Assembly (NCBI GenBank): GCA_964354495.1 | Contig: CAYHAA010000019.1 | Span: forward strand, 1-32,000 | Reading direction: 5' to 3' | Length of the DNA stretch: 32,000 nt | From: an uncultured archaeon | Lineage (GTDB): Archaea; Asgardarchaeota; Thorarchaeia; Thorarchaeales; Thorarchaeaceae | In this document: positions 18,526-27,585 of the stretch, piece after piece | How positions within the stretch are numbered: position 1 is the first letter of the stretch | Layout of the letters: each line of letters opens with the position of its first letter | Notes under the pieces: generated by a model | The model's input: the letters and a program-made list of their open reading frames with translations, nothing else | Told to the model about the DNA's origin: nothing | Databases searched by the model: none | Translations under genes and position numbers: made by a program

Positions 18526-19144
18526 ATTCTACGCACCAAATGACTTTGCAGATGAATTTCGGTGGCGTGCTGACACTGTTATGTATTGTGATGAGGGAAG
18601 GAACTGCAAAGCTGGCTGAATAGATGAGAGAAGTTGTTGAACTACTCGCGGCAGAAGGCTATGGCAGTGACCAAGTGGATTGGATGCGCACGAAATCCCC
18701 TCAAGATAGGAAACCGGTGAGGTCCATTTCACGAATTCTAAAGGCCCGGGGATATTCTCCCCGGGCTCAAGGAGATAGTGGGTTGGTGAATTCTTTGCTT
18801 CCAGGATGACCCACATAAGTTAGGAGAACAACTTGGGCAGTACTACTCCCGAATGAATATAAGATACAGGATTCGCGCCATACTAAAACCGACGTCTTCT
18901 ATGATCCTTTTATCTAGAGTTCATCGTGGGCGGCATGTCTAGACGAATGCTCATTTTTCGGAAGCCTGCTACGTAGACCAATTGAGGTTTCATGGGGGTA
19001 GTCTCAGGATGAAATGAACAGGTGCGTAAATGACATTCGTGTTGCATTGTGGCGCACAGCTCATTCTTGCCGGTGTTGGAATCCTTAAAACAGGCATCGC
19101 CTCTCTTTGTCACTTCTGGCCGCACTCGGAGGTTTCGATAAGAT

Positions 19145-19996
19145 ATGAGAATTCGACAAGTGAAGACAATTTTGCAGAGCCGAACAACAACCGACGGAGC
19201 AGGAGTTCGACTACAGCGAGTTTTCAGCAACCGAGAAACCAAGCTCACGGATCCCTTTCTCCTGCTTGACTTTTTTGGCTCAGATAATCCGAATGACTAC
19301 ATCGCTGGTTTCCCGTGGCACCCGCACAGAGGTATTGAAACAATTACATACTTGCTGGAGGGAAAAGTGAAGCATGAGGATAGTATGGGTAATGGCGGGA
19401 CAATTGAGGCTGGGGACTGTCAGTGGATGACAGCAGGAAGCGGGATTATCCATCAAGAGATGCCTAAGGGCGTGAATGGAGCGATGAGAGGATTCCAGCT
19501 CTGGGCAAACCTGCCCAGTAGTTTCAAGATGATGCATCCTCGTTACAGGGAAATCAAAGCAGTAGATATTCCGGAGGTCAAAACCAAGAGCGGAGCTCGA
19601 GTCAAAATCATCTGCGGAGAGCTAGAAGGAACAGTGGGTCCAGTTCGTGAGATTGTCACTCAACCAGAATACTTAGACGTCACACTGCCTCCAAATACTG
19701 TGTTCAGACATCCCACAAAGCCTGGTCACACGGTGTTTGTTTACATCTTTGAGGGCAAGGGCCATTTCAGTGAAGATACAGAGAGGATTATTCAAACAGG
19801 CCATCTTGTAATCTTCGGCGACGGCAATGAAATCGTTGCTTCTTCAGAAGAGGGCCAGCTACGGTTCCTACTGATATCCGGCAAGCCCATTGGCGAGCCA
19901 ATAGCGTGGCAAGGCCCGATAGTCATGAACACTCAGGAGGAACTAGATCAGGCTTTTCGTGAGTATCGAGATGGGACATTCATCAAGCACCAGTAA
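19145..19996 (+). CDS. Pirin family protein
   Basis: DPFLLLD, FPWHPHRGIETITY, QWMTAGSGIIHQE, QLWANLP, GPIVMNT; GGAGGT upstream. Confidence 0.95.
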   Translation: MRIRQVKTILQSRTTTDGAGVRLQRVFSNRETKLTDPFLLLDFFGSDNPNDYIAGFPWHPHRGIETITYLLEGKVKHEDSMGNGGTIEAGDCQWMTAGSGIIHQEMPKGVNGAMRGFQLWANLPSSFKMMHPRYREIKAVDIPEVKTKSGARVKIICGELEGTVGPVREIVTQPEYLDVTLPPNTVFRHPTKPGHTVFVYIFEGKGHFSEDTERIIQTGHLVIFGDGNEIVASSEEGQLRFLLISGKPIGEPIAWQGPIVMNTQEELDQAFREYRDGTFIKHQ

Positions 19997-20176
19997 GACT
20001 TGTTTGACCATGCATGAACCGGACTCGAGCCGAGATTTCCTCGTATCCAGATTCTAGTATTTCTCCTATTCAGAGTCTGCGAGTGAGGATACCTTGATTC
20101 CTTGGACGTCCAACAATACTTATCTTCTGTCACGAGAAAACACCTGTGGATTCTACTACAGAGAACCGGTGAGCGC

Positions 20177-20758
20177 ATGAGAATCAGACTGTTCGTGGAA
20201 CCGCTTGGGAAGGCGAGAGAAGAGGTACTCCTAGAGTCCTGCATACCTTTAGAGATGCAGCAGATAAGGCAGTGGAGGGAGTCCTGGATATCACAGAGCG
20301 ACTTCAAGAATTGGAGCACGGAATCCAAGTCGAGTGAAGTGCTCGGCGAGATAATGCCAGGAAAGATAGTGGATGCAAAGCTGAGAAGCACTGGCAGCGA
20401 AACTCCCTTCAAGGGGGAACTCCTAGCGTGCCGCTCCTATATCACCGATGTCACTGGTTCAAAGAGGAGGCTTCCCATGGTCCTCTTTGTCAAACTGAAG
20501 AAGACAGTCGATTTCGAGTTCTTCAAGAAGAATATGAGTCTCAGTCCTGAGCAAGAAGCAGAGCTCAAGGATGCGTTGAAGGAGGATGTGTGGGCGCCAA
20601 TTTCAGTATGGCATCCCCAACCTGTGGATCGAAAGCATTTGCTTGAAGCGGCAGATGTTCTTCCTTATGCAATTCAATATGCCAAAGCACTCTTCAGTCT
20701 AGATCCAAAAAGCGTAGGACTGTCATCGTTTGCAGAAACTGAGGTACTCACAGGATAG
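20177..20758 (+). CDS. Hypothetical protein
   Basis: 193 aa from ATG 20177 (GGTGA five nt upstream; the ORF track starts at 20102); no motif recognised. Confidence 0.7.
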   Translation: MRIRLFVEPLGKAREEVLLESCIPLEMQQIRQWRESWISQSDFKNWSTESKSSEVLGEIMPGKIVDAKLRSTGSETPFKGELLACRSYITDVTGSKRRLPMVLFVKLKKTVDFEFFKKNMSLSPEQEAELKDALKEDVWAPISVWHPQPVDRKHLLEAADVLPYAIQYAKALFSLDPKSVGLSSFAETEVLTG

Positions 20759-20887
20759 CGAGGGTTATTCAACACAGCACAAAGGTCACCAGCGAAGCCC
20801 ATATATAGGGAATAATTCGCGCCGTCACGTGCATGCGCCTGCAATACTGGCGTACAACGACCGTTTTTCGGAAATATGGTGAGATTG

Positions 20888-22075
20888 ATGAGAGACCCAA
20901 CCAGCTGGATGCGCGAGGAATACAACAAACTCGTTGAGCAGAATTTGAACTGGAGAATCAGAGAACTGCAGGGACCAAGCGCCCCGACAGCAAAGATGGA
21001 TGGCAAAGAGGTCATCATGCTTTGCTCTAACAATTACCTGAACCTCAGCAATCACCCAAAGCTGAAGAAGGCAGCAGTAGCTGCTATCAGGACACATGGC
21101 GTAGGCTCAGGCTCAGTTCGTGCCATCGCTGGAACCATGGACTTGCATTTAGAGCTGGAGAGACGCCTCGCAAAATTCAAGGGTGCTGAAGCCTCTCTAA
21201 CGTATAGCGCAGGCTTTACAACAAACGAAGGTCTCATCCCGCAGCTTGTTGACCAGGGTGATGCAATCATATCAGATGAGCTCAATCATGGCTCTATTAT
21301 TGATGGGGTTCGACTCACCAAGGCAGACCGCTATGTCTACAAGCACACTGATGTAGCAGACCTTGAGAGAGTTCTCGTCGAGGTAGAGAAGAAGAACCCA
21401 AAGAAGATGCTCATCATCACCGATGGAGTCTTCTCGATGGACGGAGACATTGCGCCCCTTGATGGAATCGTAAAGGCTGCAAAGCCCTATGGCGCAATGA
21501 TATACGTGGACGATGCACATGGCGAAGCGGTTCTTGGCAAGGGCGGAAGGGGTATTGTGTCTCACTTCAACCTGACACACAATGATGTTCATTTTGAGAT
21601 GGGCACCTTCTCCAAGGCGTTTGGAGTCATGGGAGGCCACGTCTCAGGTAGTCGCGACATGGTGAATTATGCTTTGAACAAGAGCCGATCATGGCTTCTC
21701 AGCGCATCGCACCCACCTGCGACTGCAGCTGCTTGTATTGCTGCTATTGATGTCCTTGAAACCGAAGAGAGGCATGTCAAGACCCTCTGGAAGAATAGAG
21801 AGTACTTCGTAAAGGGCCTCCAACAGATGGGCTTTGATACAGGTCGCAGTCAGACACCTATCGTTCCAGCAATGTGCAGTGAGAGCGCAAAGGCGGTAGC
21901 CCTCAGTGACGGTCTCTTCAAGCAGGGGATTCTTGCCTTGCCAATCGTCTTCCCGATGGTTGCCCGTGATAAGGCACGGATCAGGAACATGATGAACTCT
22001 GGTCTGACCAAGGCACAGCTGGATACTGCTCTGGCAGCCTATGAGAAGGTCGGCAAGAAACTCACTATCATTTAG
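20888..22075 (+). CDS. kbl: PLP-dependent alpha-oxoamine synthase, most likely glycine C-acetyltransferase (Kbl/BioF family)
   Basis: SNNYLNL, GSGSVRAIAGT, SDELNHGSIIDG, DGVFSMDGD, DDAHG and PLP lysine in TFSKAFG; ATG 20888 follows GGTGA. Substrate cannot be proven from motifs. Confidence 0.75.
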   Translation: MRDPTSWMREEYNKLVEQNLNWRIRELQGPSAPTAKMDGKEVIMLCSNNYLNLSNHPKLKKAAVAAIRTHGVGSGSVRAIAGTMDLHLELERRLAKFKGAEASLTYSAGFTTNEGLIPQLVDQGDAIISDELNHGSIIDGVRLTKADRYVYKHTDVADLERVLVEVEKKNPKKMLIITDGVFSMDGDIAPLDGIVKAAKPYGAMIYVDDAHGEAVLGKGGRGIVSHFNLTHNDVHFEMGTFSKAFGVMGGHVSGSRDMVNYALNKSRSWLLSASHPPATAAACIAAIDVLETEERHVKTLWKNREYFVKGLQQMGFDTGRSQTPIVPAMCSESAKAVALSDGLFKQGILALPIVFPMVARDKARIRNMMNSGLTKAQLDTALAAYEKVGKKLTII

Positions 22076-22086
22076 TAAACAATGAC

Positions 22087-22127
22087 GTAGGACTCTAGAG
22101 GGTCCTACTCTCTACTTCTTTTTCTCA
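22087..22127 (+). terminator. Hairpin plus U-rich tract after kbl
   Basis: GTAGGACTC-TAGA-GGGTCCTAC (9-bp stem, one G-U) followed by TCTCTACTTCTTTTTTCTC, starting 12 nt after the stop codon. Confidence 0.55.
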
Positions 22128-22277
22128 AGTTTCATTTGAAACCAATGCTTATATTCACGGAGAAGAATAGGTATGTACAACTCGGAAATCCAAGAAGCTG
22201 TACGTGGGATGCATTGGAGCAGAAAGACGAAGAACCGAGGGGCGCATCACTCATGTAGGAGGAGAGGCGAGAGGTCA

Positions 22278-23161
22278 ATGAGGCAAGAAAAGGGTGTCTT
22301 GATTATCATCAGTTTCTTGTTCGTTACATGCGCTCTTCTTGAAAATCCGAATACGTGTGTGGCCGATGTGGCAACCTGGACGGATGTACGTGCGAACGGA
22401 ACGTTTCACAATGGCACTTTTCTCATGATGCCTGAAGCCAATGTTGAGAAAACATCACGAGAAATGAATTTGGGTGCTTTGTGAACATTACATGTCTATT
22501 CACTATTCGGACCAATGTCACGCAGAATTCCACCCTTGCGTTTGTATTCCCTGAAGAGAGATTTTACTCGATTTGGTCTGATATGCTAATCAGCCTCAAT
22601 GGGACTCTTGCCAACTACACAGTCTTAGACTGGGAAGAATTGGGATGGGACCTAGACAATATCACATCCGAATACTATCAAGATTGGTACACTGATTCGT
22701 GTTATGCCGTGTTCGGGACTACAATACAAGCCAATATAACCATACTAGTAGGGGTCACTGCTTGGGGAGAGATAGAAGAGTATGCCAACTACTGCCATTT
22801 GGATTACATCGTCGGAAGCGCTCGAACCTTCTTTGGCGATACACATCAGAGGATCACGGTCAACATCATCGAGTACGTTTCATTCTTGGGCAGGCAGTTC
22901 TATCCTGAATCGCATCTAACGATTTGTACAGACGACTTAGTCATAACTGCAACTTGGGATTTCCAGATTAGCGAGTTTGAAAGCGACGCGGTTTCAATTA
23001 CTCTTCAGAGTTCGGAACATACTCCATGGACAATACCAATACCGACAACAACGAATCCAGGATTTCCTGACGACTATCCGAATTACGTGCCTATTGGCAT
23101 TATAGCAGTCTCGGTAATAGGACTGATTGCCATCATTGTTTTGTGTACAGTGAAGCGCTGA
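22278..23161 (+). pseudogene. Cell-surface glycoprotein gene split by a one-base frameshift (pseudogene or assembly error)
   Basis: The signal peptide is in one frame and the body plus C-terminal TM anchor in another; adding one base at the A4 run 22449-22452 gives a single 294-aa ORF. Confidence 0.7.
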
Positions 23162-23342
23162 TGGATTGCACAACTGCAAAGCAGAGAGCACATCCTTGTT
23201 GAACCTAGCGGGCAATCCATACATGCCCAAAGAACAACTGAATGTGTCCACAGCGTCCCCTGTATCCATTCATCTTCTCCTCATTCTTGCCAGTACCGCT
23301 TTTTGCGAAGACTTATTTCTATCAGCTGTAACAGGTATGTAC

Positions 23343-23579
23343 ATGTCTGATATTCAGAAGGACTACACTCTCAGAAGCATCTTGCAGAACGCATCAAAGA
23401 CTGGAGAACGCCTTCGATTCTATGGACCAGGCATGATGATAGTGGCAGAGGGACACGTAGCATTCGTCGGAAAGGAAATTGTCGCTATCAAACATGCTGA
23501 AAGCAAGGGACCCGACGAGTTCGTCAATCTCGACTGCATCATCAAAGTCCAAGTCTTAGGCGAGTATGGCAATTATTAA
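23343..23579 (+). CDS. Small hypothetical protein, 78 aa
   Basis: ATG 23343 after CAGGT; the upstream extension to 23166 in the ORF track reads as non-coding. Confidence 0.6.
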   Translation: MSDIQKDYTLRSILQNASKTGERLRFYGPGMMIVAEGHVAFVGKEIVAIKHAESKGPDEFVNLDCIIKVQVLGEYGNY

Positions 23580-23642
23580 TGCATATCTGAAGGTTAGATG
23601 ATTGCCGGAACCATCAGGAAATGCTGCTTGGTAGGCGAGGGT

Positions 23643-24173
23643 CTACACGTCTTCAGCAAGAACCTTTCTGATTATTGTGGTTGCAGTCCTGCCAATTGTC
23701 GCGATGACGACCTGCACAAGAAATGACATGACCAAAATCCCGAGCGATAATGAAATCCCCAGAAAACTCAGAGATGTCAGTGCTACGGCTGCAAAGAAGT
23801 ACTTGTAGACAAGCCAATACCCATACACTCCGATGATCAGGATTAGTCCCACAGCCAATCCATAGATGATGACCACCGTCCTCACACCCTTACTCTTGAG
23901 GTCGACGGAACCAATTCCATCTCCAATTACGGATCGGCCAATTCTCCTATTGAAGCGGACAAAGAAACCAATAGCTGCAAGGAAGATGAACAGAGTAATC
24001 ATGGCTCCGCCAAGTAGAAGAAAGACAGCAACATCAAATTCGATTTCCTCAATGAGCCCTGAACGACTAATGACGTAAGCAGTTGCAGAACCAAGAAGCA
24101 TGATAGCGGCAACTATCTCGGCAACCAGTGTGATGGTCGCAGTCCCCTTGAAGAGCGAGCCTACATCAAGCAT
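23643..24173 (-). CDS. Four-TM membrane protein of unknown function
   Basis: Four hydrophobic segments; the true start may be CTG at 24218 (see findings). Confidence 0.8.
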   Translation of the reverse strand: MLDVGSLFKGTATITLVAEIVAAIMLLGSATAYVISRSGLIEEIEFDVAVFLLLGGAMITLFIFLAAIGFFVRFNRRIGRSVIGDGIGSVDLKSKGVRTVVIIYGLAVGLILIIGVYGYWLVYKYFFAAVALTSLSFLGISLSLGILVMSFLVQVVIATIGRTATTIIRKVLAEDV

Positions 24174-24427
24174 TTCAGATTTCTCATCAGCGTGCGTCTC
24201 TGAATCATGAGCAGACAGTTCTTTTCCCTCCGTACAATGTCGGATACTGGAGTAGTGGATGCGAGGCTGATAAAGGATTGTGGTGCCATCATTTTCGGTA
24301 AAGGCAGATAGTACGCCATTGGGCAGGTCACATCACATTCATGTTAGTCTTCAATTGGAGCTAGACCAAAACTGTCTAAAGCGAATGACCAATGAATTTG
24401 GAAGCCGAATGTGACGAGTGATGATAC

Positions 24428-25081
24428 ATGCCCAAAAAAATACCGTGCAGCGCCATCGTTTTCGACTTTGATGGCACATTGGCTGACAGTATGCCATTCC
24501 TCGAGAGCATAGGTGTGGAAATGATGATGAAGTACTTTGGGATTTCGAAGGAAGAAGCCACATCCAGATATCGGTCGACAACAGGACTACCATATGAACA
24601 ACAGGTCAAGATGAATTTCCCCGACGATCCAAAAAATCAGGGGGCAATAGAAGAGTTCGAGCACTTGAAGATAGAACGGATATTCGAACAAGAGCTGTTT
24701 CCGGACTCAGTGGACACTGTAAAAAGAATCAAAGCAAAAGGCATTGATGTGTTTGTTTCATCATCTACATTCCAGCCAACAATTGAGGAATACTTCAGAA
24801 GGCGAGGGATTCTGCAATTGTTCAAAGCGATACTGGGATATCGACCGGGTTTTGAGAAAGGAGCCGACCACTTCAATCACATTCACAAGACTTTCAATAT
24901 ACCCTTTGACAAGATGGTGTTCGTGGGAGACTCCCTCAAGGACTACGAACGTTCCAAGGGATTTTGCAGGTTCATTGCACTGAGCAGAATGTTCAGGTCT
25001 AGGGATTTCGGAAACCTGGGCTACAAAGGACCTGTGCTTCATAGTTTGTCAGGAGTGGCAAGGAACATCATTGCGGCATAG
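24428..25081 (+). CDS. HAD-superfamily hydrolase (phosphoglycolate phosphatase-like)
   Basis: Motif I FDFDGTLADS, motif II VSSS, motif III Lys in FEKG, motif IV FVGDSLKD. Confidence 0.9.
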   Translation: MPKKIPCSAIVFDFDGTLADSMPFLESIGVEMMMKYFGISKEEATSRYRSTTGLPYEQQVKMNFPDDPKNQGAIEEFEHLKIERIFEQELFPDSVDTVKRIKAKGIDVFVSSSTFQPTIEEYFRRRGILQLFKAILGYRPGFEKGADHFNHIHKTFNIPFDKMVFVGDSLKDYERSKGFCRFIALSRMFRSRDFGNLGYKGPVLHSLSGVARNIIAA

Positions 25082-25083
25082 CA

Positions 25084-27306
25084 TTAGGTCTGTTGCCTCC
25101 TTGCATCACTATCAGCTGACATAGAAGACACCTCCAGCTCATCTCCATCCTCATATGCCTGCCTTAGCCAGACAAGGAATGATAACGTCACAAACGCGAT
25201 AGCGGCAGTAGGAAAGGCAGTGTATCCAAGAAGTAGTGCCCCCGGGAGCGTGGAGAGATAGGTGAGTACTGACCCAATGGGAACCCAAACCAAGGAAACC
25301 TCTCTGCGAATGTATCTCCAGAGCGCCACTATCGTGAAGAACCCACCTAGGCAGTATGGTACACCAATGAACAGAGATGCAAGATGGAAACTGGGAAAAT
25401 CCCAGCCACCCCCAATGCCACTCGCTCCTGAAAGCGGAAGGAAAAGAAAGGATTCATCTGTGATGGCACACGGGAGGACCAGGAGAAGAAAGAAGAGGAA
25501 TGCTACGAACCAGCCTCTCCGAATTGCAAAGTCATCAAGGAATTGCATGGAGAGCGAGAATTCATCTGGCTTTCTTTCTATGACCTCTTTTGTCACCGGC
25601 TCAGGAGTGGAATCCCTTGCAAGTAGACCATATAGGTCGCTTACCTTGTACTTCCCAGTAATCGATAGGACACAGACCAGGAACAACCACGCAGTCGGGA
25701 TAGCGACTACTAACCCAATTGGGAGAAGAATACTCCCCGGTACTCCAGTCGTGAGGATTGTCGCGAATTGTGCGTCTATGATGTAGAGTGATGGAAGGAA
25801 AAGAAGAAGACCCATTCCGATATCATTTCGTCTGTTACTCGGCGTGCCAAAATGCAGGGCCGACCCGAGGACAGGCAGCCAGTACAGTATTATTGAAACA
25901 ATCGACCAGATGACCACTTCAGAAGGAATTGTCCAGACGATGGAGGAACCCTCCACCCAGTAGCCCACAAGCGGAAATGGGCCCATTAATAGACTGTGTA
26001 TAGGGATTGCGAAATCCTGATGGTATGGAGCGAAGACGTGTGCATTATAGAACCATGGAATCACTGAGAGAATCGAAAACACCAAAAAAGGAATCAACCT
26101 GAAATCCCTGTGTATCTTTCTCCTGGAAATGTGCAAGTACAGTGATACTCTTAGCAGGATGAGAAGGAATAGCATGAACGTAAGAAGAACTGAGATTATA
26201 TGAGTGGTAGTTTCAAATCCCCCGAATGTCAGATTATGAAAATCAACCTGTACAAGCAGATTGTATGAGCCATTGAGATTGATGTTCCCCGAAGAGTGGA
26301 CTGATGCTACATCCATTCTATCCGCGTGTTCAAAGTCTATCTTGGAGAGCGATACTTCAATGTGAGTGGAGTACTCTTTTGGAGCATAGAGGTAGGCAGG
26401 CATCAATTTGGGTGGAACATACAAATCATACATTATATCGTAGTATCGCAATAGACGTATGTGAGTTATGGGATACAGCGTGTCAATATCTAGGTCAATA
26501 CGAATTGTGAGAAGTCGGACATCTACAGCAACCTCTTCGTTCTGGAAATAAGTAATATTCACTGGAATTGAAGAGCTATGTTCTGGATACCACCTGGCGC
26601 TGCCAGTGAGATTCCCGGGTCGTAGATATAATGTATGATTGACGAATCTTGGATATAGGTCAGCAGCACTCGACGTATTGTTGTCCTTGTATAGACGAAG
26701 AGAGGGAGGGTAGCTAGAAATGCTTCCGAGTAATACACTATCGAATAGACTCTGGCCATCTGTTGTTTGCATGTCGATCGCAACAGGCACGAGGGGAACA
26801 GTCGAAAAGACCCAGACCACGAGGCCATGAACGATGACATCGTCAATCGGCCTAATGCTCGGTGATAGATCCACAAGCCAGCGAGCGGAAAGCTCCTTTA
26901 TCCAGGTCATATTAAGCTCTATGGACAGAGTACGAGATTCGCTGAGATTCTCTGCTACTGACACACCCCGCCCATCACAGTAGACGCTGAATGTAACGGC
27001 AGTTGTGGCGACACGGGGCTCCAAACTCACGTTGAATACTATACGATTGTAATCAAAACGCGGCAGTTGAAAATAGTGAAAATGCCCATAGGGGTCAACA
27101 TAGGATCTGTTTAGCACGATGTGAGAATTGACTGAAATCAGAGGTGCCCGCTCTATAGAATAGGTCATGTTTTGGCTTATGGGCGTTGTATACTGAATGT
27201 CCATTTCTCCCTGCTGGCCGAATACAGAGTTGTCTACCTCATTGGCGGACACAAGAAAGTACGCCACAAGAAGTATTGAGATGGTGACGATTCTCACCTT
27301 CGACAT
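25084..27306 (-). CDS. Large membrane protein: signal anchor, beta-rich extracellular region, multi-TM C-terminus
   Basis: 740 aa from ATG 27306. A TATAAA at 27379-27374 puts the expected transcription start downstream of the ORF-track start at 27360. Several N-X-S/T sequons lie in the N-terminal half. Confidence 0.8.
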   Translation of the reverse strand: MSKVRIVTISILLVAYFLVSANEVDNSVFGQQGEMDIQYTTPISQNMTYSIERAPLISVNSHIVLNRSYVDPYGHFHYFQLPRFDYNRIVFNVSLEPRVATTAVTFSVYCDGRGVSVAENLSESRTLSIELNMTWIKELSARWLVDLSPSIRPIDDVIVHGLVVWVFSTVPLVPVAIDMQTTDGQSLFDSVLLGSISSYPPSLRLYKDNNTSSAADLYPRFVNHTLYLRPGNLTGSARWYPEHSSSIPVNITYFQNEEVAVDVRLLTIRIDLDIDTLYPITHIRLLRYYDIMYDLYVPPKLMPAYLYAPKEYSTHIEVSLSKIDFEHADRMDVASVHSSGNINLNGSYNLLVQVDFHNLTFGGFETTTHIISVLLTFMLFLLILLRVSLYLHISRRKIHRDFRLIPFLVFSILSVIPWFYNAHVFAPYHQDFAIPIHSLLMGPFPLVGYWVEGSSIVWTIPSEVVIWSIVSIILYWLPVLGSALHFGTPSNRRNDIGMGLLLFLPSLYIIDAQFATILTTGVPGSILLPIGLVVAIPTAWLFLVCVLSITGKYKVSDLYGLLARDSTPEPVTKEVIERKPDEFSLSMQFLDDFAIRRGWFVAFLFFLLLVLPCAITDESFLFLPLSGASGIGGGWDFPSFHLASLFIGVPYCLGGFFTIVALWRYIRREVSLVWVPIGSVLTYLSTLPGALLLGYTAFPTAAIAFVTLSFLVWLRQAYEDGDELEVSSMSADSDARRQQT

Positions 27307-27585
27307 ATAGAACGACCATGGGCCCACTCGAAATATCAATTCCCTCGCCTGCAAAACCAATGGCCTACGATGTTTTATATCTTTGCAGAGTCATGAGAAA
27401 GAGCAATCGCATTCAATCATCTGTACTCATTCTCAATTCTCGTGAACACACACCAGGACGGTAGTCAGGCTCTGTCGAATAGCTTTGCCTATTCACATGA
27501 GAGAGAATTCTGCGGCAATTGCAGTGATTCAGTATCGGAGGAAGCCAATAGCCCAGCGATTGACCTGCACTGATACTGCAGAGGT

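Noticed and set aside
18621-18623. Pyrrolysine read-through of the in-frame TAG (also TAG 1313-1315)
   Set aside because: TAG ends many full-length conserved proteins in this window at their expected C-termini, and there are no pyl genes or methyltransferase context.
18705-18725. GATAGGAAACCGGTGAGGTCC resembles the start of a cobalamin riboswitch
   Set aside because: The downstream GCCACTG and B12-box elements are missing and the next gene is a pirin.
20888-22075. Serine palmitoyltransferase (sphingolipid synthesis)
   Set aside because: The same fold, but the motifs look like Kbl-type enzymes and no sphingolipid genes are nearby; only phylogeny or assay could reopen this.
22440-22460. Programmed -1 ribosomal frameshift
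   Set aside because: No canonical slippery heptamer in the zero frame and no obvious downstream stimulatory structure.
24173-24190. CTGATGA...GAAA on the - strand resembles a hammerhead core
   Set aside because: No stable stem II or flanking stems, and it lies in probable coding sequence.
24411-24424. GTGACGA/GTGATGA box C-like motifs
   Set aside because: They coincide with the ribosome-binding region of the HAD gene and have no matching D box.
27431-27585. Several short inverted repeats downstream of nadA
   Set aside because: Stems of 6-9 bp in competing registers with no recognisable RNA motif; not distinguishable from chance by eye.
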